Of a stretch of 64,000 nucleotides of DNA, positions 29,880-38,803 are shown one piece after another. Each line of letters starts with the position of its first letter. Position 1 is the stretch's first letter. A program made the translations under genes and the position numbers. The notes beneath the pieces were generated by a model that was given only the letters and a program-made list of their open reading frames with translations, made no database searches and had not been told where the DNA came from. Origin of the DNA: a virus; the IMG/VR virus record IMGVR_UViG_3300027896_000013; one strand, 5' to 3'.

Positions 29880-30347
29880 TTAAGTTGGTTGCTGTGCAGG
29901 TACTGCAGCTGGTTGAGCTGGCTGAACAGCTTGAGTATTATCCACGGGTACCGCCTCAGGTTGAGGAGCTGGTTGAGCTGTTTGAGTGTTTATCCACGCT
30001 TCAAATTCATTATATACTTTAGATACCTCTTCAGGTGTATTCTTCAATAACCCAGTCAGCGTCGGGGATTGATCTGCTTTTAGACCAACATATTTTTCAA
30101 AATATGTTACTAGGTTACCTACAGTTACACGCTTATCTCTCTGGGTTCGTAACCACGCTCTAAAGCTATCATAAGCCTTATTAACGTTAGCCTTAAAATC
30201 TTTACTCTGCTGTCCACCTACTCTACCTGTGGATGTAGGTGAGAGTTTACTCTGTATAGCCGATCCCATTCTGCTAAAGATGCCAAATGGTTTACCTTCA
30301 GTTACAACTTCATATCGTTCCGCAAGTAATTTTAAATCATTATTCAT
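29880..30347 (-). CDS. putative internal head protein
   Basis: MNNDLKLLAERYEVVTE; P/A/Q-rich tail. Confidence 0.6.
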   Translation of the reverse strand: MNNDLKLLAERYEVVTEGKPFGIFSRMGSAIQSKLSPTSTGRVGGQQSKDFKANVNKAYDSFRAWLRTQRDKRVTVGNLVTYFEKYVGLKADQSPTLTGLLKNTPEEVSKVYNEFEAWINTQTAQPAPQPEAVPVDNTQAVQPAQPAAVPAQQPT

Positions 30348-31335
30348 ATGAACCTCTTACATCCGTTTTACCACCCATCGTTTGTCTTTCAAGGTCGCTG
30401 AAGACATCATCATGGCGCTCATCTTCATCTGGTTTATCTAGAACAGGTATATGTCTCTCATCGTTCTCATCCTCACCACTATCCTCTGTAATAGCACCAA
30501 TAGCTAGTAAGTCCTTAACAGCTTTAGTAGCGGTATCCCAAGGCATTTCGAGCTTATTAATTAGATCAGCTCCTTTTATAGTAGCACCTTTACCAACATT
30601 GCTTATCATGCGATGACGAGCGATTTTTGCTTCCATCTTACGTTCACGGTTAGCTATTTTATTAAAAGCATTATCTGGTACTTCATCCTCAATATAATAG
30701 GTATTGCTGAGACTCCATTGAGCACCTCTAGTTATAGCAGATACTCTCGGGATAGCTATATCAGCTTCAGTTTCAACAGCCTTAGGAGCGACTTCAGGTG
30801 CTTTTATAACCTCACCAAGAGCATCTAGAATAGCGCTGTCATGCGACGCTCTCTTTATTTTAATAGTAGATGTTCTTACCCCGGCACTCTCTCTAGATTT
30901 AATCGGCAATACTCCAATAATATCATTCATTATAACACGCGCAGCATGGCCAGCCGCAGTATTAGCAGCACTTTGCGGTAAGTTACAAACGTCAACTATA
31001 ATTTTCTTAACCTCTTCCTTAAACTCCTCCGGGTCACCAGGGTAATATAAATCATATTGTCTACCACCTACGCTATGAGGTTCTGCAGTAAATACATTCT
31101 TCTTGACTCTATCAAGAATCTGAGTTACCATATCAACAAGATCTCTGCCAGTTTGTTGAGCAGTTTTACCTATTTGATATCCACGAGGAGCAGGTTGACC
31201 CTTCTCCATTGGCTGCTTTATAGTGTTTATTTTAGTAGCTGTTCCAGCTGGATCATAATCACCACTATAGACTGGTGACCATTCTTTTAATACAGAGTTG
31301 TATTTTTCTGATAGTATTTTATAATCAGTATTCAT
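30340..31335 (-). CDS. putative internal head protein
   Basis: MNTDYKILSEKYNSVLKE; TAAATA at 31354-31359. Confidence 0.6.
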   Translation of the reverse strand: MNTDYKILSEKYNSVLKEWSPVYSGDYDPAGTATKINTIKQPMEKGQPAPRGYQIGKTAQQTGRDLVDMVTQILDRVKKNVFTAEPHSVGGRQYDLYYPGDPEEFKEEVKKIIVDVCNLPQSAANTAAGHAARVIMNDIIGVLPIKSRESAGVRTSTIKIKRASHDSAILDALGEVIKAPEVAPKAVETEADIAIPRVSAITRGAQWSLSNTYYIEDEVPDNAFNKIANRERKMEAKIARHRMISNVGKGATIKGADLINKLEMPWDTATKAVKDLLAIGAITEDSGEDENDERHIPVLDKPDEDERHDDVFSDLERQTMGGKTDVRGSYE

Positions 31336-31397
31336 TTGAGTAAAGCTTTGAAGTATTTATTCTTGATGTTTGTGTATTTGCACGTATAATAACATGT

Positions 31398-31430
31398 ATG
31401 AACTTCAAACCATATAGAAAGGAAGGGTAA
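31398..31430 (+). CDS. putative leaderless uORF MNFKPYRKEG
   Basis: ATG 7 nt after TATAAT (31385-31390) of TTGATG-16-TATAAT; the stop lies 4 nt before the ATT of the next gene. Confidence 0.4.
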   Translation: MNFKPYRKEG

Positions 31431-31434
31431 ATCT

Positions 31435-32103
31435 ATTTGCGCTATATTTGCATCCCCAATGTTTTCCGAGTTTAAAGAGCTCTACAAGCTAAATCAGAGT
31501 AGAGGTAACGCAGCTCTTGGTGTCTTACTTCTGTCCAAGTCACCACAATGTGTAGGCTATGTAACGTTAAAATTCGAAGGAGTTGTCGACCTCGACAAAG
31601 AGCTCGCTGAATATAAGTTAGATGACATATATTATTTTGTCGGTCATACACAAGCACCAACATCCGCAGCCCAATCATTTAATCATAGAACTTCTCACCC
31701 GTTTACATACGGATCCTGGATTGTTGCACATAATGGTATATTGACAAATTTTGACAAGCTGAAACAAGATGTACCTGTGGGTAGGTATAATATTGTTGAT
31801 AGCTCTATAATACCAGCCATGCTGCATCAACGCTGCACCAAATCAGATGATATAACGTCAGTTACGCAAGTCTTAGGTGAGTTAGAAGGTACACATGCAA
31901 CATGGATATACAATATACAAACACAGAGGTTGTATATCTCGAGGTGTGGTAGTGTACTCTACGCAAATCAAGATAAGTGTGTATTCTCATCTGTACCAAC
32001 AGAGGATATGGAAGAGTTGCAAGATGGTACGTTATATATTAAACTTGATAAAATATGCAGTGTAAGCAAGTTTAAGAACAATTCACCTTTTTATATAGTA
32101 TGA
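31435..32103 (+). CDS. class II (Ntn) glutamine amidotransferase, probable ATT start
   Basis: In-frame ATT-TGC-GCT-ATA-TTT gives (M)CAIF upstream of the track start; N.SRG, GHTQAPT, SHPF, VAHNGILTN, VDS. Confidence 0.85.
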   Translation: MCAIFASPMFSEFKELYKLNQSRGNAALGVLLLSKSPQCVGYVTLKFEGVVDLDKELAEYKLDDIYYFVGHTQAPTSAAQSFNHRTSHPFTYGSWIVAHNGILTNFDKLKQDVPVGRYNIVDSSIIPAMLHQRCTKSDDITSVTQVLGELEGTHATWIYNIQTQRLYISRCGSVLYANQDKCVFSSVPTEDMEELQDGTLYIKLDKICSVSKFKNNSPFYIV

Positions 32104-32768
32104 AAACAGTAATCATATCAGCTACCAAGTCAAACGACATCAGCAAGACCATCTTGTATCAGAGTCTTCAATCGCTCACTACCAGAAATGTTTCTTTTAC
32201 ATATGAGTTTGAAAAGAACAACTCAACAGGTTTAAGCAAAGTGTATAACAAATATATTGAGCAATATGCAGATCAAACTGATTGTATGATATTTGCTCAT
32301 GATGATGTCTACATAGACGACGCCTTCTTTATCGATAAAATTGAAGACAGTTTTTGTAACGGTTACGATATCATAGGCGTAGCTGGTGGTGTTTCACCTA
32401 ATATCAAAGCACCGACATTGTGGCATATAATGTGCGGCCAGGGTAACTTGAGAGGCGCAGCTGGACACTTCAGCCCTGATATGTCTGCGATACAGATTAC
32501 ATCATTTGGTCCAATGCCTGCAAGAGTAGCTTTGCTTGATGGTTTGTTTATTGCTGTAAATACTAAAAAGATTCGTGAAGCTGGTTGGAAGTTTAATGAA
32601 AACTACGACTTCCATCTTTACGATCTTGCAAGTTGCTTAGATGCTAATAAAAAGAAGCTCAGAATGGGTGTAATACCAATACATTTGATTCATAAATCAC
32701 CAGGTCTTACATCGTTCACTGATTGTTTTAATACCAATCAGGCCAAATTTCTTGCGGAATATTCATAA
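32100..32768 (+). CDS. glycosyltransferase family 2-like
   Basis: GLSKVYN, FAHDDV, IGVAG, LLDGLFIAV, FHLYD. Confidence 0.8.
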   Translation: MKTVIISATKSNDISKTILYQSLQSLTTRNVSFTYEFEKNNSTGLSKVYNKYIEQYADQTDCMIFAHDDVYIDDAFFIDKIEDSFCNGYDIIGVAGGVSPNIKAPTLWHIMCGQGNLRGAAGHFSPDMSAIQITSFGPMPARVALLDGLFIAVNTKKIREAGWKFNENYDFHLYDLASCLDANKKKLRMGVIPIHLIHKSPGLTSFTDCFNTNQAKFLAEYS

Positions 32769-34102
32769 TGAATTTAAATTTAGACCAATTTGAAACACTA
32801 TTGACGTATAAATGTCTAACGGATGAAGTTTATCTTTCATCAATTATAGACCATTTAAAACCTGAATACTTTAAGAGTAAGGAGATTCAAGCTGTACTTG
32901 GTATCATTACAGAATTTTATAGTAAGCGTAGCGTTGCACCAACTCTCACAGAGATTCGAAACTATCTATCAACCGAGACACTAAAGAATCAATTTAAAAC
33001 CGTAGTTGGTTCTTTCACAGGTATAGATAAAAACCTAAACACTGATGAGTTGTATGAGAATACAGAGACATTTTTAAAAGAGCGAGCAGTTTTTCACACA
33101 CTGTCTAGCGTAGTCAATAAAGTATCAGGTAAAGATGCAATAGACACCGCGGATATTCTAAGCCGTTTTGAGAAATCTTGTAATATATGTCTGAATTACG
33201 ACATAGGTCTTGACCTCGTACCTGGTATCGGTAGAGTGTATGATGACTTAAAGAGAACAACACCTTATATCGGTACCGGTTGGAAGTGGTTAGACGGTAA
33301 ACTCGATGGTGGATTTCTTGAGAATGGTAGAGCTTTGTATGTATTTGCCGGTGAAACTAACGTCGGTAAGAGTATATTCCTTGGTAATATAGCTTCAGCT
33401 ATAGCTTCTACAAACAAAACAGTACTGTTAGTGTCATTAGAAATGTCTGAGATGATGTATGCTAGAAGAATATGTACAAACATCACAAAGATACCTATAA
33501 GCAGGCTCCGTGACGAAGCAGATGTACTCAAAGTAAAGGTAGCTGAGTTCGCTCAACAGAAACCAGCAGCTAAGATAATAATCAAGGAGTTTCCACCTAG
33601 CACACTCACTGTCAGTAGTCTAAAAGCTTATATTCAAAAGCTGGTTAACAAGGGTATTAAACTAGACGCTATTGTAGTGGACTATGTTAACCTCTTACAT
33701 TCACCGACGGGTAACAATTCATATGAACGAGTGAAGTATAGTGCTGAGCAACTACGAGCACTTTCATATATTTTTAGTTGTCCGGTTATTACTGCAACAC
33801 AACTAAATCGTAGTGGTTACGGTATCAATGAACCAAAGCTTGAGACTATATCTGAAAGTATGGCGCTACCAAATACAGCCGACTTTATGTGTGGTATCTG
33901 GCAGGATGATACCGATCGACAGCTAGGAGTCATTAAGATGAGCTTAATGAAAAACCGTTTCGGACCCAATTTTGGTACCTGTAATATGAGAATTGATTAC
34001 GGTACCTTAACAGTATATGAAGATAACGATGTAAGCAAAACAGAATCAAGTAATTCTACTCTATCAACATTAGCAGCCTTGAGCGTTGATAAAGGCAAGT
34101 GA
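32768..34102 (+). CDS. gp41: replicative DnaB-like helicase gp41
   Basis: GETNVGKS, SLEMSE, IKEFPP, VDYVNL, TATQLNR, SES, KNRFG. Confidence 0.95.
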   Translation: MNLNLDQFETLLTYKCLTDEVYLSSIIDHLKPEYFKSKEIQAVLGIITEFYSKRSVAPTLTEIRNYLSTETLKNQFKTVVGSFTGIDKNLNTDELYENTETFLKERAVFHTLSSVVNKVSGKDAIDTADILSRFEKSCNICLNYDIGLDLVPGIGRVYDDLKRTTPYIGTGWKWLDGKLDGGFLENGRALYVFAGETNVGKSIFLGNIASAIASTNKTVLLVSLEMSEMMYARRICTNITKIPISRLRDEADVLKVKVAEFAQQKPAAKIIIKEFPPSTLTVSSLKAYIQKLVNKGIKLDAIVVDYVNLLHSPTGNNSYERVKYSAEQLRALSYIFSCPVITATQLNRSGYGINEPKLETISESMALPNTADFMCGIWQDDTDRQLGVIKMSLMKNRFGPNFGTCNMRIDYGTLTVYEDNDVSKTESSNSTLSTLAALSVDKGK

Positions 34103-34123
34103 TAGCATAACTACTTTAACACC

Positions 34124-35020
34124 ATGGCAAAGAACGTATTCATATTTGCAGATAAAGACATGGACGGCGCTGGTTGCGTACTAGCTACTGTCTGGTCTCT
34201 ACCGAATGTAAATATCAAATTCATATCTGCAGGTGAATACAATTTCAGAGAGGTTTTTACGAAGTGGTGGGCTGATGCGGAAACCCACAATACAACCGAT
34301 CAAGTATTTGTCTGTGATCTAAATGTAGCTGCCGACCATGCGGATATATTAGATTATGACAAGGTTTGCATTGTTGATCATCATGTCTATAGTAATGATG
34401 TAAAGCATCTTTACAAGCGAGCACATCTTTTTTGCGATAAATTAGCCTCTAGTAGTACGCGACTTATGTGTACACTACTCAACAACTATAGTACATTTAC
34501 CTGGCAACAAAGAAAGCTAATTGATCTGATAGATGATAATGATTCCTTTACACACCTGATACCTGAATCAAGAGATCTCAATACAGTATTCTACTCTCTT
34601 CAAGGTGATAAAGTGAGAGCGTTTGTTAATCAATTTAAGACAGGTTTTAACAGTTTTAATTTAGAGCAGCAGAACATTATCAGATTTCACAAATTAAAAC
34701 TACAACAAACGATTGATAACGTAACACCGTTTAAAGCAGAGCTAGACCTTGGAGGTGCTAAACGCGTAGTATTTTCTGCGTTTGCTGATTATGGTGTTAA
34801 TGATGTAGCACAGCATCTTATTAAAAATTACGGTGCTGAGATAGCTATTATCATAAACCTTAAGAACAAAACAGTATCGTTCAGACGAAGCAAGACGAGC
34901 AATTATGACGTTAGCATACTCTCTAAACAGCTAGTCGGTGGCGCTGGACATGAGAAGGCTGCAGGTGGTGTCATAACTGATAAACTCCTAGCATTTTCAA
35001 AACTCTTTCAACCCGCATGA
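34124..35020 (+). CDS. DHH/DHHA1 phosphoesterase
   Basis: DKDMDG, CDL, VDHH, SFR, GAGHEKAAG. Confidence 0.85.
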   Translation: MAKNVFIFADKDMDGAGCVLATVWSLPNVNIKFISAGEYNFREVFTKWWADAETHNTTDQVFVCDLNVAADHADILDYDKVCIVDHHVYSNDVKHLYKRAHLFCDKLASSSTRLMCTLLNNYSTFTWQQRKLIDLIDDNDSFTHLIPESRDLNTVFYSLQGDKVRAFVNQFKTGFNSFNLEQQNIIRFHKLKLQQTIDNVTPFKAELDLGGAKRVVFSAFADYGVNDVAQHLIKNYGAEIAIIINLKNKTVSFRRSKTSNYDVSILSKQLVGGAGHEKAAGGVITDKLLAFSKLFQPA

Positions 35021-35301
35021 AATTTGACGATTATATTGAAACAGAAGTATTAGAAACCTCTTATCTATTTTTAAGCTTCTGTACTTTTGCCTCTCTCTCA
35101 CAAGGCAAAAAGCTCAACACTGCTAACGTCTTCTTGTTGCTTCTTCGCAATAAAAACTTACGCAACATTTTCAAGCGTCGTATGGAGATAGATAGTGATT
35201 ACGAAGCTGTTAGTTTATTTCTCAAATTTGACTCATCATTATACAAGAGCAAATATATCATGAAATATTTAAATAAAGCTGGAGATAAGAAGATAAAGTG
35301 A
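35017..35301 (+). CDS. hypothetical protein
   Basis: 94 aa, ATGA overlap with the upstream gene. Confidence 0.7.
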   Translation: MKFDDYIETEVLETSYLFLSFCTFASLSQGKKLNTANVFLLLLRNKNLRNIFKRRMEIDSDYEAVSLFLKFDSSLYKSKYIMKYLNKAGDKKIK

Positions 35302-35313
35302 TATACTTAGGTA

Positions 35314-35967
35314 ATGGAAAATTTCGAAAAGTATGTTTATAACACTTGGTTGAAGCACTCACGTAAGGGTCAGCCATGGCAGCCTCGGAAAGATTTCTCT
35401 GATTTCGAAAATGATAAGAATTATGTACCGTTGATGAAGTTAGTCAGCTTTTTTAGATCACACCCAACAGTAAATGTAGAATGGTTTATTCAAGCACCTT
35501 ATCTAGTTCACCCTGAAGAGTCATTCTATTTAGACTTCTATATAACTTTCCGTGCTATAACTGCCTATAGTGTCATGACTTCTACTATTGCTAATGAGCA
35601 ACCAGATAAATTGCTTAGTCATATTGTAGACTCTTTTCAATTCATCAGAGACTTCTGTACAGAAAAGGGAATTACCATAGAAGAATACCTATCATATAAG
35701 GCTGGTGTTATTAACGATTTTGTTACTCATTTACTGCAACACAAGACAAACATATACGGTTTATTTGCATTTCCTAACTACGATTCTCAAATAAAAGATT
35801 TTTCAAAAGAAGAGCTGGAATTTATACTTGGCTCAAAATTTGTAAACCAATTGGATATGTTCAGGACTCGCTGGCAGACATCGTCCAAAGCTAAAAAACT
35901 TTCTGTAGAGTGCTACAAAAAAATTAAAAAAATACTTGAAAAAGAGAAAGAAGAGACTAAGATATAA
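35314..35967 (+). CDS. hypothetical protein, possibly gp59-like helicase loader
   Basis: Size, aromatic/helical composition and position directly upstream of gp32 as in T4; no diagnostic motif. Confidence 0.45.
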   Translation: MENFEKYVYNTWLKHSRKGQPWQPRKDFSDFENDKNYVPLMKLVSFFRSHPTVNVEWFIQAPYLVHPEESFYLDFYITFRAITAYSVMTSTIANEQPDKLLSHIVDSFQFIRDFCTEKGITIEEYLSYKAGVINDFVTHLLQHKTNIYGLFAFPNYDSQIKDFSKEELEFILGSKFVNQLDMFRTRWQTSSKAKKLSVECYKKIKKILEKEKEETKI

Positions 35968-35970
35968 CGT

Positions 35971-36031
35971 ATGACGCTTCTTGTGAAGCTGAAATGCACA
36001 ACAGAAAAACACAAATAAAACAAAAACTAGT
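35971..36031 (+). promoter_or_regulatory. gene-32-type translational operator (H-type pseudoknot plus A-rich tract)
   Basis: GCTT/AAGC and TTGTG/CACAA stems, then about 30 nt that are almost purely A/C. Confidence 0.55.
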
Positions 36032-36883
36032 ATGAGTACATATACAAACAGCATGTTCGAGAGTATCAAAGGAGCACTTCAGAAAAACGACTCCGGTAGC
36101 ACACGATACAAAGACCAACTCCGCCTTGAAGTGGGCAATTCCTATACAGTACGGCTTCTACCGTATGTGAAGGACCCAAACAAGACGTTTCTTCATTATT
36201 ATTCCTTTTCGTGGGCTAGCTTAGCCACCGGACAGAAGCAAATCTTGACGAGTCCGACGTCCTGGGGTGACCCGGATCCGATTGCAGAGGAACGCAACCG
36301 TGTCTATCGCAATGGTACCGAAGCAGAAAAAGCGAAGATTAAGGCAATCCGCAGAAGCGAAAACTGGATGGTTAACGTTTACGTTATCTCTGACCCAGTT
36401 AACCCTGATAATAACGGTAAGGTTAAGACGATTCGTATGGGTCGCCAGCTTTACAAGATTATTAACGACGCCATGGAAGGTGAAGGCGCAGAGGATATCG
36501 GTCCGCGTATGTTTGACTTGAGTGCTGCAGGTTGCAGCTTGGTTATCAAGGTTGAACAACAGGGTGACTATCCGACCTACGTGTCATCTAAGTTCCGCTC
36601 AGCCAAGGCTATCGAAGGTCTTGCTGAAACGGAGTTCGAGAAAATCTACGGTTCAGTGCACGACTTGAGTCAGTTTGTTACGACCAAGACGTACGATGAG
36701 CTGAAGACGATTCTTAACCAGCACTACTTCTGTATTGGTGTTACAACGCCGCATCCAGTTCAAGATAATATTGCACTGCCTGCTTCCGTAGTTGAATCTA
36801 CACCTACAGCTGTTGCGCCGGTGGCAGCAACTGCAGGTAGCCAAGACCCACAGCTTGATGCACTGATGGCAACACTCAAGTAA
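36032..36883 (+). CDS. gp32: single-stranded DNA-binding protein gp32
   Basis: VRLLP, DPDPI, NVYVISDPVNPDNNGKVK, FDLS..G, YPTY.SSKF, YDELK. Confidence 0.9.
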   Translation: MSTYTNSMFESIKGALQKNDSGSTRYKDQLRLEVGNSYTVRLLPYVKDPNKTFLHYYSFSWASLATGQKQILTSPTSWGDPDPIAEERNRVYRNGTEAEKAKIKAIRRSENWMVNVYVISDPVNPDNNGKVKTIRMGRQLYKIINDAMEGEGAEDIGPRMFDLSAAGCSLVIKVEQQGDYPTYVSSKFRSAKAIEGLAETEFEKIYGSVHDLSQFVTTKTYDELKTILNQHYFCIGVTTPHPVQDNIALPASVVESTPTAVAPVAATAGSQDPQLDALMATLK

Positions 36884-37324
36884 ATGAACAATCCTGATGA
36901 CATGTCATCTGTTGACCCGCTTATTGCACGGCAAATAGCTATGCAGTTTTGCGGGCAACAGATGGGGGAGATGAAAGACCTTAACAGTCGCATAGTTTCA
37001 TCAAACTCCACTATGCAGCCTGTTAAGGTCGACATCAAAGCTGTGGTAGACTCTGTACCCATCTTTAGAGGTCCACCAGTACAACAGACGCCAGTTCACC
37101 AATCAATGAGTCAACCGGCGCCAAGTCTACCACAGCAGATTGTACACGTACCTATGGCACCACCGCAAGTGTTACCACCGGTGGTATCTAGAGATTCAAA
37201 TCAACTTGAATTGATTTTTGATTATAACGCAGCTCAAGATGTTATTAAGCGTCTTGAACGTATCGAGGCATTAGTTAAACGTATTGCAGAAACAATGCCT
37301 CAGCCAAAGCAAAAAAAAAGTTGA
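36884..37324 (+). CDS. hypothetical protein (Pro/Gln-rich)
   Basis: 146 aa abutting gp32. Confidence 0.7.
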   Translation: MNNPDDMSSVDPLIARQIAMQFCGQQMGEMKDLNSRIVSSNSTMQPVKVDIKAVVDSVPIFRGPPVQQTPVHQSMSQPAPSLPQQIVHVPMAPPQVLPPVVSRDSNQLELIFDYNAAQDVIKRLERIEALVKRIAETMPQPKQKKS

Positions 37325-37355
37325 ACTTCCTTCAAATAGTTCGTAATATATTCGA

Positions 37356-38090
37356 ATGAATTTACATTTTGAAACACCCGGTGTCTTTATAGACTCCTTT
37401 CTTCAACCACTAAGTCGTATTACTGATAGTGGTATTATGAAGATCGAACCTTCAAAGATCTCTTGTTTGATTGCTACAGGGGATGGTACTATAATCGTGT
37501 ATGGTGAATACACTGACCAGTTTAAAGAAATTGTAGATCCACTTACACTGAACATACCTGACCTTAAAAAGCTTCATAAATTGCTTAATCTCATTGACGG
37601 TGCTATCGACTTAGCTGTTGATACCAATAGTGTATCGTATGATTCAGATGCAATACGTTTTAAATATCATCTCTTCGAAAATGGTATTATTAAGACACCT
37701 TCTCTAAACATGAGCAAGCTAGCTACCATACCGTTTGATAGTAGTTTTAGTATAACGAATGAGAAGCTTCACAACCTATTGAAAGGTAGTACATTAAACC
37801 CGGATATTAATAAGATATACCTGTCCTTCAAGGAGAATAAGGTTTACGCTGAGATTACCGATAAGTCTAAGCACAATACTGACAGTTACGCAACACTCAT
37901 TTCAGAGAACTATACAGGTCCGACAATATCTAAACCCATACCTGTTAATTTTGAAATTATCAGGCTACTTAATAGTAGTAAGATTGCAGAGTTTAAAGCA
38001 AAGCTTTCAACGAAACTTAATGTTTTTAACTTTGAATTGATTTCCGATAAAGTGGTTCTAAATTATATTGTATCAGCACTCATCAACTAA
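37356..38090 (+). CDS. gp45: sliding clamp gp45-like
   Basis: 244 aa two-domain alpha/beta pattern, LNIPDLKKL..LL, C-terminal LNYIVSAL; replication context. Confidence 0.72.
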   Translation: MNLHFETPGVFIDSFLQPLSRITDSGIMKIEPSKISCLIATGDGTIIVYGEYTDQFKEIVDPLTLNIPDLKKLHKLLNLIDGAIDLAVDTNSVSYDSDAIRFKYHLFENGIIKTPSLNMSKLATIPFDSSFSITNEKLHNLLKGSTLNPDINKIYLSFKENKVYAEITDKSKHNTDSYATLISENYTGPTISKPIPVNFEIIRLLNSSKIAEFKAKLSTKLNVFNFELISDKVVLNYIVSALIN

Positions 38091-38091
38091 T

Positions 38092-38541
38092 ATGTCATTA
38101 TCTAAAAATAAGCTAAAGACGGCAGGTTATGTTACCAAACGTCTCCGCGACAATGGATTTATTGTTCTTAAACTATTCGCGTTCTACTCGAAGACTGATC
38201 CACGTCGATGGACTCTACTCATTAACCCGGGTGAGGCTTCATTGTTTATGACGTGCTATCATAATCTAGACAATATTGACGAGTTTCAATTTGAGTTGAA
38301 TGATGGTGGAACAAGATTCCCGAGAAATTATTCAATCAAGACCGACAGCTTAGAAGTTATTATTGAATTCCTGATTAATAAAGGTGTCACAAATAAAGAC
38401 TACTGGCCTGGTAAAAATAAGTTTGTTAAAAGCAGATTAAATACTATTGATGAGCAAAAAACCCAACTCCAAGGCCAAGAAGTCAACGGCTGCGACGAAG
38501 AAAACTCTCAAGGTAGCAGCACTGCCACCAGCTCCGTGTGA
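38092..38541 (+). CDS. hypothetical protein
   Basis: ATG 1 nt after the clamp stop (track start 38068). Confidence 0.7.
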   Translation: MSLSKNKLKTAGYVTKRLRDNGFIVLKLFAFYSKTDPRRWTLLINPGEASLFMTCYHNLDNIDEFQFELNDGGTRFPRNYSIKTDSLEVIIEFLINKGVTNKDYWPGKNKFVKSRLNTIDEQKTQLQGQEVNGCDEENSQGSSTATSSV

Positions 38542-38773
38542 GATAGTAGCAACCACGAGCAGAGCGACAAATGATAATTACGAAACTCTGATGACAATAT
38601 TGTCAGAGTTTTTAGATTGTTATATTATTCTAGGTTTTAATACAGAGGGTCAAGATGTGAGAATCGCTTTTTCACACAACACCAAAGAGGCTTGCAGTCT
38701 CTCAACTCTTGTTAATGATTTTGCAGCTCAGCTTCGTGAACCACCCCCACAGTCACCACCAGAAAACAGTTGA
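38450..38773 (+). CDS. hypothetical late protein with basic N-terminus
   Basis: TAAATA (38438-38443) 6 nt before ATG 38450. Confidence 0.68.
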   Translation: MSKKPNSKAKKSTAATKKTLKVAALPPAPCEIVATTSRATNDNYETLMTILSEFLDCYIILGFNTEGQDVRIAFSHNTKEACSLSTLVNDFAAQLREPPPQSPPENS

Positions 38774-38803
38774 TTAATAGCGAATACGAGCTATTATGTA
38801 AAT

